Part shown: piece after piece, positions 35,290-47,027 of the stretch | How the letters are laid out: the number at the start of each line of letters is the position of its first letter | How positions within the stretch are numbered: the first letter of the stretch is position 1 | NCBI RefSeq assembly: GCF_000143415.4 | Contig: NW_003314272.1 | Coordinates: 716,184 to 780,183, forward strand | Direction: 5' to 3' | DNA from: Selaginella moellendorffii | Taxonomy: Eukaryota > Plantae > Lycopodiophyta | DNA: 64,000 bases | The notes under the pieces: model-generated | The model's database searches: none | The model's input: the letters and a program-made list of their open reading frames with translations, nothing else | What the model was told of the DNA's origin: nothing | Made by a program: the position numbers and the translations under genes

Positions 35290-35787
35290 CCCCGATCTGA
35301 AAGAGCAAGCGAGAGAGCTTAAGTTAAAAACAAACATAAAATGATAACTAACCATCTCTTCCCAAAGACTTGCCTTTGATTGAAAGAGCTGGAAGAGAGC
35401 TTTACTTAAAACCGGTGAGGAGGAAAGCGTGACATCCCCATCCTTTGATCTGAAAGAGCAAGCGAGAGAGCTTAAGTTAAGAAACGAACAAAAACAAAAG
35501 GAAACCTTCAAGAGCTGATAACTAACCATCTCTTCCCAAAGACCTGCCTGTGATTGAAAGATTTGGAAGAGAGCTTTAGTTAAAACCAGTGAGGAGGAAA
35601 GCGTGACATCCCCATCTTTTGATCTGAAAGAGCGAGCTTAAGACATAAACAAGAAAAAAAAAAAAAAAAACTTTCAAGAGCTGATAACTAACCGTTCTCT
35701 TCCCAAAGACTTGGCCTGTGATTGAAAGAGTTGGAAGCGAGCTTTAGTTAAAACCGGTGAGGAGGAAAGCGTGACATCCCCATCCTT
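35290..35787. repeat. Tandem repeat, about 3 copies of a ~170-bp unit
   Basis: tgataactaacc...cccaaagac...gtgaggaggaaagcgtgacatccccatc recurs at about 35342, 35516 and 35682. Confidence 0.9.
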
Positions 35788-36346
35788 GCTTGCTGCACAC
35801 ATCGTCCTTGCTTCCAGTTAAAAAGAAGGAAGGCGGAAATAAAGTAAAAGAAGAGAATGTGCATTTGGCGTACCCGGGAGCGTGTGTCAGACCGCTCCTC
35901 TCTCTCTCCGACTTTGCCTTGCTGTGATGCTGTTTTGCTTCCTTTGGCTTTTAGCAGCACTCTTTTTCCCATCATTCACGAGAACAGGGAGAGATGGGAT
36001 CAAATGCGGAGCCGAGTGAGGTGGCCAGGCGGCCCAGGCGGCTTTTGTTTAAAGACACAACCAGCTATATCGAGATTTCCGGCCTGAGCATGTTCGCAAG
36101 CATGTGCACTGCACAAAGAAAACCATCACAAAAACAAAGCGATTTGTATAGAAACGAACCTTGAAATCTTTCTGGCTGCTGCTGCTGCTGCAACCATATC
36201 AAATCCGCAGTGTACGAGGACAGGTGAGCAGTTCAATCTCACTCATGGCGCAAGTACACAGTCCCCTACAGATCGAGCATCTTTGTTGGAAAGCAAGACA
36301 AGCTTTAATCAAAGTAAGAAGCAGGGGGGGAAAACACACGCTTTTT

Positions 36347-37665
36347 TTACCCGCAAGGCGTCAACTTCTTGTTGCCAGAGCCACGAGGATTTTCATCCTT
36401 CCATCGCTGCCTCATCGTCACTCCCGTCCTTGAGCCCAGGTCGACTTGGAATAACTGCTGGTTTCTCTCTTGCAACTTCCGCATCACCTCCGTCTCTTTC
36501 AGCCCCGCCTGCTCAGTGCTCATGGTTGGCAAACTGCACCACCACCAACCGGGATTTAGCCATCGATAAAAAAGGAGAAAACGTAAAACGAAGAAGGTGA
36601 AGAAGCTAGAAACCTGTGACTGGGTTGGAAGATCTGCGCTGCAAGTCGCTCTGTTATGCTGCTGCCATCCAGACTGGCCGGGCCAAAACAGAGGTTGGTT
36701 GGCACCGTCCGAAATATTTGCTCTCCCTTCAATTGCATCCCGGGCAAAAGTTGCACAGGTGACTGGTCTCAACACCTTTAACTTGGTGATGGCCTCCGGC
36801 CTCGGCTTTGACGTGTCTCTCATCAAGAACGGCTTGAGCAAATCCTGCGCAAAAAAAAAGTAGCTGATACGAGACGAAACCGGAACACACACGCACAAAC
36901 CTCGTTGTTTTCCTTCCGCATTGTTTCCTCCCTTTGAAGCATTTCTAAGAGATCCACCGCCTGCACACAAGTGCATTTACCTTGCACACTGCCAAAGATA
37001 ATTGGACAGGAAACCAAGACGTTGATTCCTGGCGTGAAAAAAGAAAGAGAGCTTACTTCTCTTCATCTGGAATATCTTCGTTTGTCCGTAGTGTCATAAC
37101 TTTGTTTTTGTAGGTAGCACGATTCAAGAGCAACGAGCTGCAAAATCTAAGCTGCAGGAGATTAATGAGAGGAAGGAACGACGGAGGCGTTCCATGCAAG
37201 CAGCTGGAACACAAGTTGTTGATTACGACGACGAAAACACGATGGGAAAAAAAAGATTTTAAAAGAAAGAAAGAAAACTTTTCAGCTCGTCGGATCAGAG
37301 TAGCGTGTCGATGCCACCAATTCACCCTCCAGTATGAGATCCAGAAGCTCACAGGATCTTACAAAGGCCCCAAAAAACTAAAGACTTCCCAAAACAAAAG
37401 AAGAAAAGAATACAAGATCTGAGTATTAGGCGTTAGCTCGCCTAATACTCCAACTTCAATCAACTAAAATAACGAGGGAAAAAAAAAAAAAAGTTCCAAG
37501 CAAGTGCTTCAATTCAACGCTTTGGCATTGTGGCGGCAACCTAATTCCTCATCCTAGACAGGAAAATGCGAGGATCACGCAAGAACGCTCCAGCGGAGGA
37601 GGCGCTACACATACCGGATCGAGCTGGGAAGAAGAGCTCCTTGTGCGCACAATATCACACTTGAA
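36347..37665 (-). pseudogene. Degenerate tandem copy of TAP46
   Basis: Colinear with 38551-40231 but with many small deletions and frameshifts; ends WKDENPRGSGNKKLTPCG. Confidence 0.88.
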
Positions 37666-38550
37666 TGGAGAGGAACAAGAACAGCGCAATAAACCCTAAA
37701 AGAATCCCACATTCCAACGTATCTCTCAGTGGCTTTGCAAAAAAAGTTCTTTCTTTTATCAACTTGAAATGTCATCACTTCCTGATTTCTTTTAATCCAC
37801 ATCCATTCTACGCCTGGACAGTAACCACAGCTCCAGAGCTCTCTTGTGATAGTCATCACTGCAAAAATTACAAGCCGCATCGTCTCCCGGCCGATCATCT
37901 TCCAGGACAGCTTCGGCCTCCTGAAGCAAGAAAAAAGAAGAAAAAACTTTTCGGAAGGAAGAAGAAAATATAGAAGGCAACGAACTTACACTATATCCTT
38001 CAAAGGGTGGCCCTTCTTCCACAATATTGTTCTTTGATTAGATGAGCATACGATGACCTCGACGTTCAAGTTCCGCACGACAACAACATGGATCCTCTCT
38101 ATCCACGATCGTATAAAAGTGAAGAGAAACTTCTCGTCGTCGTCGTCCACGCGAGTGCCGTCATCCTTGAGGTAAGCCAGAAGGAGTGCAGCACGCAACG
38201 CCTTGCAAGGCGACTCCATGAAACTCTCCCGAGAGAGAAGCAAGAGCCGATGATCGCTCAAGCCGAGCTGCTCTGGATTCCTGCAGGTTGAAACACGCAA
38301 TCGGTGACAAAGCAATCACTCACTCAACATTGTTCTTCCTGCTCGACTGCGCGCGAGCACTCCCACTTCTGGCGTTGCTTGTGCAACAATATCATCTTTC
38401 CATTCTACTGGATGCTCACGCAAACATAAACCCTCGAAGTTCTTGCTGCAGCTATACCATGCAAAGTTATCCATAGCTGCCAATAACGAATATCCCGATG
38501 TTATTCTATGCGTTGGAATAAAGAAGAAAAAGAAACAAGACACGCATCTT

Positions 38551-40231
38551 TCACCCGCAAGGCGTCAACTTCTTGTTGCCAGAGCCACGAGGATTTTCAT
38601 CCTTCCAGTCGTCCCACGCTCGCTGCTTGCTCTCCTCTGCCTCATCGTCACTCCCGTCCTTGCTCTCCTCCTCGAGCCAGGTCGACTTGGACTCCTGCTG
38701 CAGCTGCTGGTTCCCCTCTTGCCACTTCCGCATCATCTCCATCTCTTTCAGCCCCGCCTGCTCAATGCTCATGCTCGGCAAGCTGCACCACCGCCAAACC
38801 GGGACTGAGCCAACAGAACAAAAACGAAAAACGAAAAACGAAGGAGGTGAAGAAACTAGAAACCTGTGACTGGGTTGGAAGACCTGCGCTGCAAGTCGTT
38901 CCCTCTCAGTTGTTATGCTGCTGCCAACCAGACTGGCCGGGCCGAACAGAGGTTGATGGCTGTGCTGGTGACCGTCGGAAATATTTGCTCTCCCTTCAAT
39001 CACATCCTGGGCGAAAGTTGCACAGGTTATCGGTTGCGCTGGTCTCAACACCTTCGACTTGGTGGCGGACTCACGATGCCAGGCCTCCGCTTTAGCGTGT
39101 CTCTCGTCAAGAACGGCTTGAGCAAACTCACCTCCGTTCTGCAGGGAAAAGGTGGTTAATACGAGACGAAACCGGAACTCGCACAAACCTCGTTTTCCTT
39201 TCTCACAGCTAATAGCATTGTTTCCTCCCGTTGAAGCATTTCTAAAAGATCCACCGCCTGCAAGTAAAAGCTCATTTGCCACAGTCTACACACACGAGTG
39301 AATTACCTTAGACACTGCCAAAGATAATTGGACAAACCAAGCCTGCAAAGAGAAATCAAGACGTTAATTCGCTGGTGTGGACGAGGAAAAACGAAAAGAA
39401 AACGTACTTCTCGCTCCTCCTCGTCGTCTCCATCTGGAATATCTTCCTCGCCGTAATCAACAACTTGTTTCCCAGCTGCTTGCATGGAACGTCTCCGTCG
39501 TTCCTTCCTTTCATTAATCTCCTGCAGCTTAGATTCTGCAGCTCGCTGCCTCTTGAATCGTGTTATCTACACAAGCGAAGTTAAGAGACTGCGAAAAAAT
39601 CCAAATGCCTTTGCTAGAAAAAAGAAAATTTTTTAAAGGAAAAGGAAAAGACCTTCTCAGCTCTTCGCGTTGCAGGATCAACAGGAGTGTCGCGTGTCAA
39701 TGCCACCAATTCACCCTCGGGTACAAGATCCAGAAGCTCGCAGGATCTAACAAAGGTCTAAAACATCTCAAAAATCATTGTCAAACCAAGAAAACAAATG
39801 AAAGATCACCTTAAGATGATTGATTGCAGCTCTAACAACATCGATACGTTCCGTAGCTGGAGTCCTCTCAGTCAGCTCGCCTAGATAATACTCCACCTTC
39901 GATCAAAGCGCAAAGCTAAGAGAACAAAAACAAGGAGAGCAGCAAAAATTCTTACCAGCAAATACTTTAGGTCGGAAGTGCTAACATCCTCCTTCTTCTC
40001 GTTGCTGGAGAAGATCGCGAGCTTGTCCACCATCTCCTGGCATTGTAGCAGCAACCTAATTCCCTTGTTGAGCTCGTCCTAGACAAGAAAATGCGAGGCA
40101 TCACGAGAACGTTCCAGCGGAGGAGGCGCTACACATACCGGATCGAGCTGGGACGAAGTGCTCCGCGTGTGAAGCGCCTGCGCGCGCTGGAACAGCAGCG
40201 GCAGCGGCACGTCCTCCACGATCTCGCCCAT
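38551..40231 (-). CDS. TAP46: PP2A regulatory subunit TAP46 (TAP42/alpha4), 9 exons
   Basis: FSSNEKEEDVSTSDLKYLL, ITRFKRQRAAESKL, PITCATFAQDVIEGRA, WDDWKDENPRGSGNKKLTPCG; all exons join in frame. Confidence 0.95.
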
Positions 40232-40488
40232 TTCTTCCAAAATGCTATAAACCCTAAAACGCCCAGGCCAGCGTGGCACTTAATGCAAACCCACGTGGCA
40301 CAAACACGTGGCGGTTTAATCGAAGCATTGCTCGACAATGGTGTTCCTTTTTCACATTGTTCTTCTCGTCCACGAAAGGGACAATGGTGTTCGTTGTTCT
40401 TCTCGTCCAAAGTGTTCGTTTTCAGGCTATTCAACGATCTTTGTCTTTGCAAGTTCGTTTTTTCTTCTTTTATTCCAGATCCCTGGCC

Positions 40489-41958
40489 ATGGTTCTGCTG
40501 CCTCTGATCCTCTTCTTGCTCTCCACATCGTCAGCGTCTCAGCCTTTCCAAGTTGTTGAAGTCCCTGTCAACTCGAAGTGGACGATCGATCCATCGATTA
40601 ATCCCCAACCGGCGATCATCCAGGCCTCCAACTACAGCTTTGGCTTCACGAAAACTTGCGCCCCTCCTTCACTCCCTCCATCCTTCTACCTGTCGATCTG
40701 GAAGCCCGACTTCAAGGACGTAAATTGCAGCTGTTCTACCACCGTCACCAGCCTCTGGCAAGCCAGCCGCGACTTCCCAGTCTCCGCCAATGCGACCCTC
40801 GCATTTGGAGACGATGGAAACTTAGTCCTGAGCCAGGGATCTCTCCAGGTATGGTCTTCCAACACCTCCGGCCAAGGAGTCGTGGCTATGGTGCTCTATG
40901 TAACCGGGAACCTCGTTCTCCACCGCGAGAAGTTCGAGATAGTCTGGCAGAGCTTCGACCACCCCACGGACTCGCTGCTCGTCAACCAGGTACTAAAGCT
41001 TGGAACCAGGATCGTCTCCAGTGCCTCTCCCACCAACAAAAGCCCTGGAAGCTTTTATCTCGAGCTCCAGCCTCACGCTCTCGTTGGATTCGCTCAGGCC
41101 CCTGGAACGCCACAAACTTACATGATCTGGGACCTGGGAAGCCATGAAGTAGCGTCCCTGGTGCTCGAAGGCTGCACTCTCTTCGCATATAGCAAGCTAG
41201 ACGCTCCGCTAAGATTCAAGAGCTTGAGCTCAGCGCCATTCTGCTTCCCGGGATCTTTCCTCAAGCTCCAACACGATGGCGAGGTGCGCTTCTGGCAGAG
41301 CTTTCGAAGGCGCGATTCCATCGTCGTCGGTAGTAGAATGAGCATTGGTGAGTGTGGAAAGTATGGAGTTATCCTGCAGAAAACCTGCGCCTGCCTCGAT
41401 TTTGATCCATCCACTCTCAAGCTGAAGCCAGTGACCAATGGGAAAAACCCGTGCTCTGTCCCGGAGGAAGTCTCGTCCATGGAGGATCGATGCAACGGTA
41501 GCGCTGCTGTTCCTCACCAGTTCGTGGAAGCTCGCGGCTACGATTATCTGCCGCTCCACTTCATGCAAGGGACCTCCAATCTCTCCGCCACGGATTGCCA
41601 GAAATCCTGCCTCTCGGATTGTACCTGCGTCGCGGCATTCTTCCACCAGTTTGCAACCCAAGAACAAGCCAGCGCCTGCTACCGCGTCAGCGCCCTCTAC
41701 ACAGTCGCGATCGAGCCCCTGCGCCACGGATACGCGTCGGTGATGTTCCTCAAGATCAAGTCCTCTAGAACCCTAACACTACCTCCCGTCATCCAACGCG
41801 GATCCTCCTCCTCCCGCAAGGCGCTGAGGGTCGTCGCCAACACGGCGATCGGCGCCTTCTCGGCGATCACCGCTGCGTCGCTGCTGATCGCGCTCCTCAT
41901 CGCGCGCTGGAGAAGGAGAATGGCAAGAATTTGGGCGGTGGAAGACTTGGAGACTTAG
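40489..41958 (+). CDS. S-domain receptor-like protein (B-lectin + Cys-rich + PAN/apple + TM), no kinase
   Basis: Signal peptide; DGNLVL, VWSSNT, TGNLVL, VWQSFDHPTDSLL, CQKSCLSDCTCVAAFF; TM followed by RWRRR and a short tail. Confidence 0.88.
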   Translation: MVLLPLILFLLSTSSASQPFQVVEVPVNSKWTIDPSINPQPAIIQASNYSFGFTKTCAPPSLPPSFYLSIWKPDFKDVNCSCSTTVTSLWQASRDFPVSANATLAFGDDGNLVLSQGSLQVWSSNTSGQGVVAMVLYVTGNLVLHREKFEIVWQSFDHPTDSLLVNQVLKLGTRIVSSASPTNKSPGSFYLELQPHALVGFAQAPGTPQTYMIWDLGSHEVASLVLEGCTLFAYSKLDAPLRFKSLSSAPFCFPGSFLKLQHDGEVRFWQSFRRRDSIVVGSRMSIGECGKYGVILQKTCACLDFDPSTLKLKPVTNGKNPCSVPEEVSSMEDRCNGSAAVPHQFVEARGYDYLPLHFMQGTSNLSATDCQKSCLSDCTCVAAFFHQFATQEQASACYRVSALYTVAIEPLRHGYASVMFLKIKSSRTLTLPPVIQRGSSSSRKALRVVANTAIGAFSAITAASLLIALLIARWRRRMARIWAVEDLET

Positions 41959-42052
41959 GGTTTACGTATGGCCTTCAAAAAATTTTAAACGAAAGCGCCA
42001 TTCTTTGTTTGACTTTACATTGACTATGTTGACTTATCCTTGACTGGAATGT

Positions 42053-42598
42053 CTAACACGCAGGGTTTATGAATCTCCACTGCTGGTTGTCACGGTGGTC
42101 GTAGGGATGAGTGATGAGAAAGCTATTCTCTCTCACGCCGCCATGGGTGTGATCGCCGTGATAGATATCCAAGACCATCTCCGAGTTCTGGTATGTCCGC
42201 AGCGCGAGGTATCTCTCCCCGACCCCGTCCATCATCCAGAGCGACGAGTTTAGGCCCTGCGAGCTCGAGCCGCAAGTGATCCTGTTGCCCGCCGCATGGT
42301 GCTGGAGCGCAAGCCGGGACGAGTAATTGACGATGAGAGTCGCGCTGTGGCCCTCGCGGGGTTGTGGTCTCCGGATCCACATCTGCGAGGAATGCCCGTC
42401 GGCACAGCGCGACATGACCACCACGCGGCTGGAGGCCGTGACGCACAGTGTGAGGTTTGCGCTGGAGACGAGCTGCGCCGCACAGTAAGGCCCCGAGGCC
42501 GACGACGACGCCTCTGCTCGATTCTTGGAGAGTCTGACTGATATTGCTACAAGCAGCAGCAGCAGTGGCACAAGATTCGCGGCGGTTTTCTTCTCCAT
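42053..42598 (-). CDS. Secreted EUL (Euonymus lectin, ricin-B-like) protein 1
   Basis: Signal peptide; LIVNYSSRLALQH, VLDIYHGDHTHGGVRENS, DNQQWRF. Confidence 0.8.
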   Translation of the reverse strand: MEKKTAANLVPLLLLLVAISVRLSKNRAEASSSASGPYCAAQLVSSANLTLCVTASSRVVVMSRCADGHSSQMWIRRPQPREGHSATLIVNYSSRLALQHHAAGNRITCGSSSQGLNSSLWMMDGVGERYLALRTYQNSEMVLDIYHGDHTHGGVRENSFLITHPYDHRDNQQWRFINPAC

Positions 42599-43261
42599 GA
42601 AGGGTGATCGAATCACTGTTTGCCTGCAGGAAAAGGAAGAACTTTGAACAGCATACAATTTGGATGGAGACCATCGCCATGGAAGCATTGCCATGTTTCG
42701 ATGGAAAACTAAAAGTCTGGAAGAAGTAACGTACTGCACAACGATATTGCTGATCGATTGCCTCACTCCATAGCCAAAGTTGATCAGAGGAGAACTTCCC
42801 TACTGCTATATATTCAAGTAGAGAATGTAAAGATGCAGTTTCTTGGTTTTGTTATAAAAAGCTGGGCATTCCGGACGAGCGGATGCCCTTTCTCGGTATT
42901 TTAAAGTTTTTGAAAGTGATCAGCAGCTTCTTGTGTATTGCCATTCTTGATTTCTTTTAACTCTCCTTCCAGAAAGTGGACTGAAAGATTTTTTTTTCTT
43001 TTCTGCTCGTATATACAATGCAGCCAATGCACTCGGTGACAGCAAATGCGTGGGTTGTTTCGAGGATTTCGGAGATACTTGTCGACGCAGGTGTGTACGA
43101 AACTTAGACTCTGAGAAAAAACAGAGTTTTGCAGCAAAGGATGCTCTAGACGAGGATGAGGACCGACTCAATCAACATCCCAGGAATCTGGCATAGATCA
43201 ATCTCTTGGTTTTCTATTAAGTCAATCGAGATTTCACTTGAATCTTATTGTACTGATTTGT

Positions 43262-43801
43262 CTAGCATACAGAGTTTATGAAAGCCCATTGCTCGTTCTC
43301 CTGGTGGTTGTAAGGATGAGCGATTAGAAAACTGTTTTCTCTCACACCGCCATGGGTCCAATCCCCGTGAGCTATATCCAGGACCAGCTCCGGGTTATCA
43401 TAGCTCCGCAGCGTCACATAGCTGCGAGACGCCGATGCCATCGTCCACAGCGACGAGTTTACGCGCTGCACGGAGCCGCAACTGATCTCGCTGCCGGATT
43501 CGTGCCCGTGCTGGAGCGCAAGCCGGGACCATAAGTTGACGATGACAAACGCGTCGCGGCCATCAGGATCGCGGTAGCCGGCGCGTGAGCTCCGGCTCCA
43601 CAGCTGCTGTGGATCGTCGCGGATGCAGCGCGACATGACAACGACGCCCTGGCTCAGCCCCGTGACGCACATGGTGAGGTTTGCGCGGGGGACGAGCTGC
43701 GCTGCGCAGTAAGACGGCAATTCCGACGCCTCCGTTTCCATTGCTGGTGCTGCGAACTGCAACACAAGGATGATCGCTGCTGCTGCTGCTGCTGCATTCA
43801 T
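43262..43801 (-). CDS. Secreted EUL lectin-like protein 2
   Basis: Signal peptide; DPDGRDAFVIVN..LALQH, VLDIAHGDWTHGGVRE, ENEQWAF. Confidence 0.8.
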   Translation of the reverse strand: MNAAAAAAAIILVLQFAAPAMETEASELPSYCAAQLVPRANLTMCVTGLSQGVVVMSRCIRDDPQQLWSRSSRAGYRDPDGRDAFVIVNLWSRLALQHGHESGSEISCGSVQRVNSSLWTMASASRSYVTLRSYDNPELVLDIAHGDWTHGGVRENSFLIAHPYNHQENEQWAFINSVC

Positions 43802-44315
43802 GGCGTTCGTGGAGTTTCGAATCACTGACTATGCCTGCGAAACGAACATAAGAATGCGATTATATGTCAAGAAGTTTAAATACGATAGGTCTAGTACTTC
43901 GAACGCTTGCTTTCCTTCAAACCAAGCTGATTCGAAAACGAACGGCAGCTATTTCATGTCGATAGTGTGGTACCTTGTTGTTATTGAATGAAAAAGAAAT
44001 ATAATTGTATTTGCAAAGCTGGCGGGGGCAAGCTTTCTGTGACTGAATCAAAAGAGCAGATTCTGACAACTATGACTGAAGTCAGAGAGATGTTAATCCA
44101 ACGCGTTAGCAAGCTCATCATAGCCATAACTTTCTGGAAACATTTCATCTCAGGTTGTAACATTTAGAAGTATGATTTAACAGTGTTCCAACACATACTT
44201 TTATAATAAACAATGGCACTCCAACTAGCAGAACCTCCTGCTGAAGTTCTGATAGTTCTGGAATACAGGTACTATGCAATATGACATATGATCCGCTTAA
44301 GTTCAATGCGAGAAT

Positions 44316-44846
44316 TTAGCATACAGAGTTTATGAAAGCCCATTCCTGGTTAATCTCGCCATGGCTGTAAGAACCCATACAGGGGAGTTCACTCGAAACC
44401 CATGTTACAACGAGGTTCGGTTGGTCGTAGCTCCGCAGCGTGTAGTAGTTATGCGACACAGCCTGCCTAGTCCACAGTGACGAGTTTAGATCAGGTTGTT
44501 CTCCGGGTTGTTCTCCCACTGTACCCAAAGTGATAAACGCATCTACGTAATGCTGAAATGCAAGCTGGGACCCGGTATTGATGAGCTCAAACGCGTCGAG
44601 GCCATGAGAATCAACGTAGCCGGCGTTTGATCTCCGGATCCATAGCTGTGACGGATCCTTGTGCATGCAGGGCGACATGATGGCGCAGGTGGTGCCCTGG
44701 CTCGCGTACGCAGTGAGGCACATTGTGAGGTTTGAGCGGGGGACAATCTCTGCACAAGATGCTTCGGATAACGAGGACGAAGGCTCTGCTCTCGATGGGG
44801 CGAGTGTAAGCTGCAGTAGAAGGATGGCCACTGCAGCTGCCTTCAT
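44316..44846 (-). CDS. Secreted EUL lectin-like protein 3 (most divergent)
   Basis: Paralog of the two neighbours: DSHGLDAFELIN, LNSSLWT, INQEWAFINSVC; lacks the HGD...GGVRE loop. Confidence 0.75.
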   Translation of the reverse strand: MKAAAVAILLLQLTLAPSRAEPSSSLSEASCAEIVPRSNLTMCLTAYASQGTTCAIMSPCMHKDPSQLWIRRSNAGYVDSHGLDAFELINTGSQLAFQHYVDAFITLGTVGEQPGEQPDLNSSLWTRQAVSHNYYTLRSYDQPNLVVTWVSSELPCMGSYSHGEINQEWAFINSVC

Positions 44847-45694
44847 GGTGCCAAAGAAGCTGCTGGACCTGTGGCTGCACAAACCACAATGTTAGAACAC
44901 ACTTAGAGAAAGAAGAGGAAGAAAGAACATTATAAGAAGTTGAGGCATCTGTTGCTGCCTGCTCGACAATTGCTTCCCTGCAAGCTGAAGAGTTCTGTTC
45001 TGCTACTTAAAGTGGAGCTCTGCGAGCATTCCAAGAAAATGAACGTCCTTTCTTGCGATTTTCAGGAGCTGTGAGTCAATGCATAAGATTTCCATCAGAG
45101 ATGATACGAAGTGATAAGCAAGAAATAACTTCATTTGGAAGATTGTGAATTGCATTTGAACGTAAGATCTTGTCGTTCCGAATCATGCAACTCTGCAGTT
45201 CACGTTAACTAGCTGACGAGCATGAGCAGGATCATTGGCAAGCCAGGAAAACAAGTTAGCTTCACAATCACCACCAATCACAAAACCACTCCCTGGAAAT
45301 GTCAGGTAACAAGGACCGATTCAAGATTCCGGGATGGGCTATAACGTTCTTCCCAGTTCCTGGCGGATCCCAATGAGATAAACTAATGTTCCTCCACGTG
45401 TCATGACAGCGTGGCAAAGCGGCTGTGAGTCACCAGCTTACGTGGGATAGTTTCGAATATCTGTCTGATCTTCATCCAAACCGTGGATTTTTCTTTTTAT
45501 CTTTTTTTATTTGAGTGGAAATTTCGCGAGAGGGAACCTAAGGCGAAGGCGTGCGAGCGAAGACGAAGCTCCAGGCGCCGGCAACGCGCTCGAGGGGTAA
45601 ATTCATGGGCGCGGAGTGATCCAGGTGCGCGCCGATCGATTGGAGCTCGCGTCTCGCCAATCGGGATCGAATCGTAGGGTAATCTCTCCGAGGC

Positions 45695-46766
45695 ATGAAG
45701 CGCGTCTTTGGGGCGAGGAAGGAGAAAACTCCGCCGCCTACAGTCGAAGAGGCGACAGAACGGGTAATCGAAATCACTGGCCAGGGAATCCCTTTTTTTT
45801 TTCTTACTCGATTCTCTCCCTTTCCCTCTACTCAGATCAACAAGAGAGGCGATGGAGTGGACGATAAAATCAAGAAACTCGATGCGGAGCTCGTGAAGTA
45901 CCGCGAGCAAATCAAGAGAACGAGACCGGGGCCTGCGCAGGAAGCGGTCAAGGCTCGAGCGATGAGAATTTTAAAACAGAAGAAAATGTAAGTTTTTGGT
46001 TTGTCGATCAAACTTTCTCGTGCTTTCGTGATCGATCAAACTTTCTCCTTCGCAGGTACGAGGGACAGAGGGACATGCTCTACAGTCAAACGTTTAATCT
46101 CGAGCAAGTTTCGTTTGCCACGGAAGGCATCAAGGACGCGCAGCAAACTGTAAGAAAAAAGCTTGCGTTTCACTCCATCTGTGGCTCACTTCTCCATGGC
46201 TTAGATGTCAGCTATGAAGGCAGCGAACAAAGAGCTCAAAGGCACGATGAAGACGCTCAAGATCGACGATATTGACGTGAGTTTTTCCGTTTTCTTTGTC
46301 TCGGCCTTAGCTTTCTACTGGTGCCTTGCAGAAAATGCAAGACGAGATGCTCGACCTCGTGGATTACAGCACCGAGATACAGGAATCACTCGGTAGAAGT
46401 TACAACGTTCCGGATGATCTCGACGAGGAGGAATTGATGGGAGGTAAGCTAAGAGACTTCATTCGTGTTTCGATCAGTAACAAGTTCCAGTTTAGAGCTG
46501 AGCGCTCTCGAAGCTGAGATGGGAGAGACGGAGCACGATGGAGGAGTTCCGTCTTATTTGCAACCGGAGAAAGATGGCGATCTAGAATCGGAGCTAAATC
46601 TTCCCGCTGCTCCATCGACTGCGCATGGTGCTCAAGCCAATCCACAGGTAGGAACTTTGGACTGATTCATTCCACTGTTTGGCCGTAACTCTCTGTCGAT
46701 GCGCGTGTGCAGGCCGCGGACGAGTATGGATTTCCAGCCGTGCCAAGGGCATCATTACGTACCTGA
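45695..46766 (+). CDS. VPS60: ESCRT-III-associated VPS60/CHMP5 (Snf7 family), multi-exon
   Basis: [58 protein letters not shown]. Confidence 0.95.
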
Positions 46767-47027
46767 TGCTGCCAAGCATTTTGTTCTGCGTTGTACAGTA
46801 CAGGTTCTTTTCTATTCCTTCCGCGAGATTTGCTTGATCTGCACACTTCTTAGTACTGAAACTAGAGCGTCAGCCAAATTTATTTCCTGTCTCGGTGACT
46901 CGAGACAGGCCTTTGAGATATGAAAATCAACTTAGCTTGCCATTGCGAGTGCTTCGAGCTCAAAACTAGTCCACTTCTGTGCACAATGTTAGTGATGAAG
47001 TTACCGTTTGAAGATTCAATTGGAGTT

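Noticed and set aside
35290-35787. CRISPR-like array
   Set aside because: Units are about 170 bp with no unique spacers, the context is eukaryotic and there are no cas genes.
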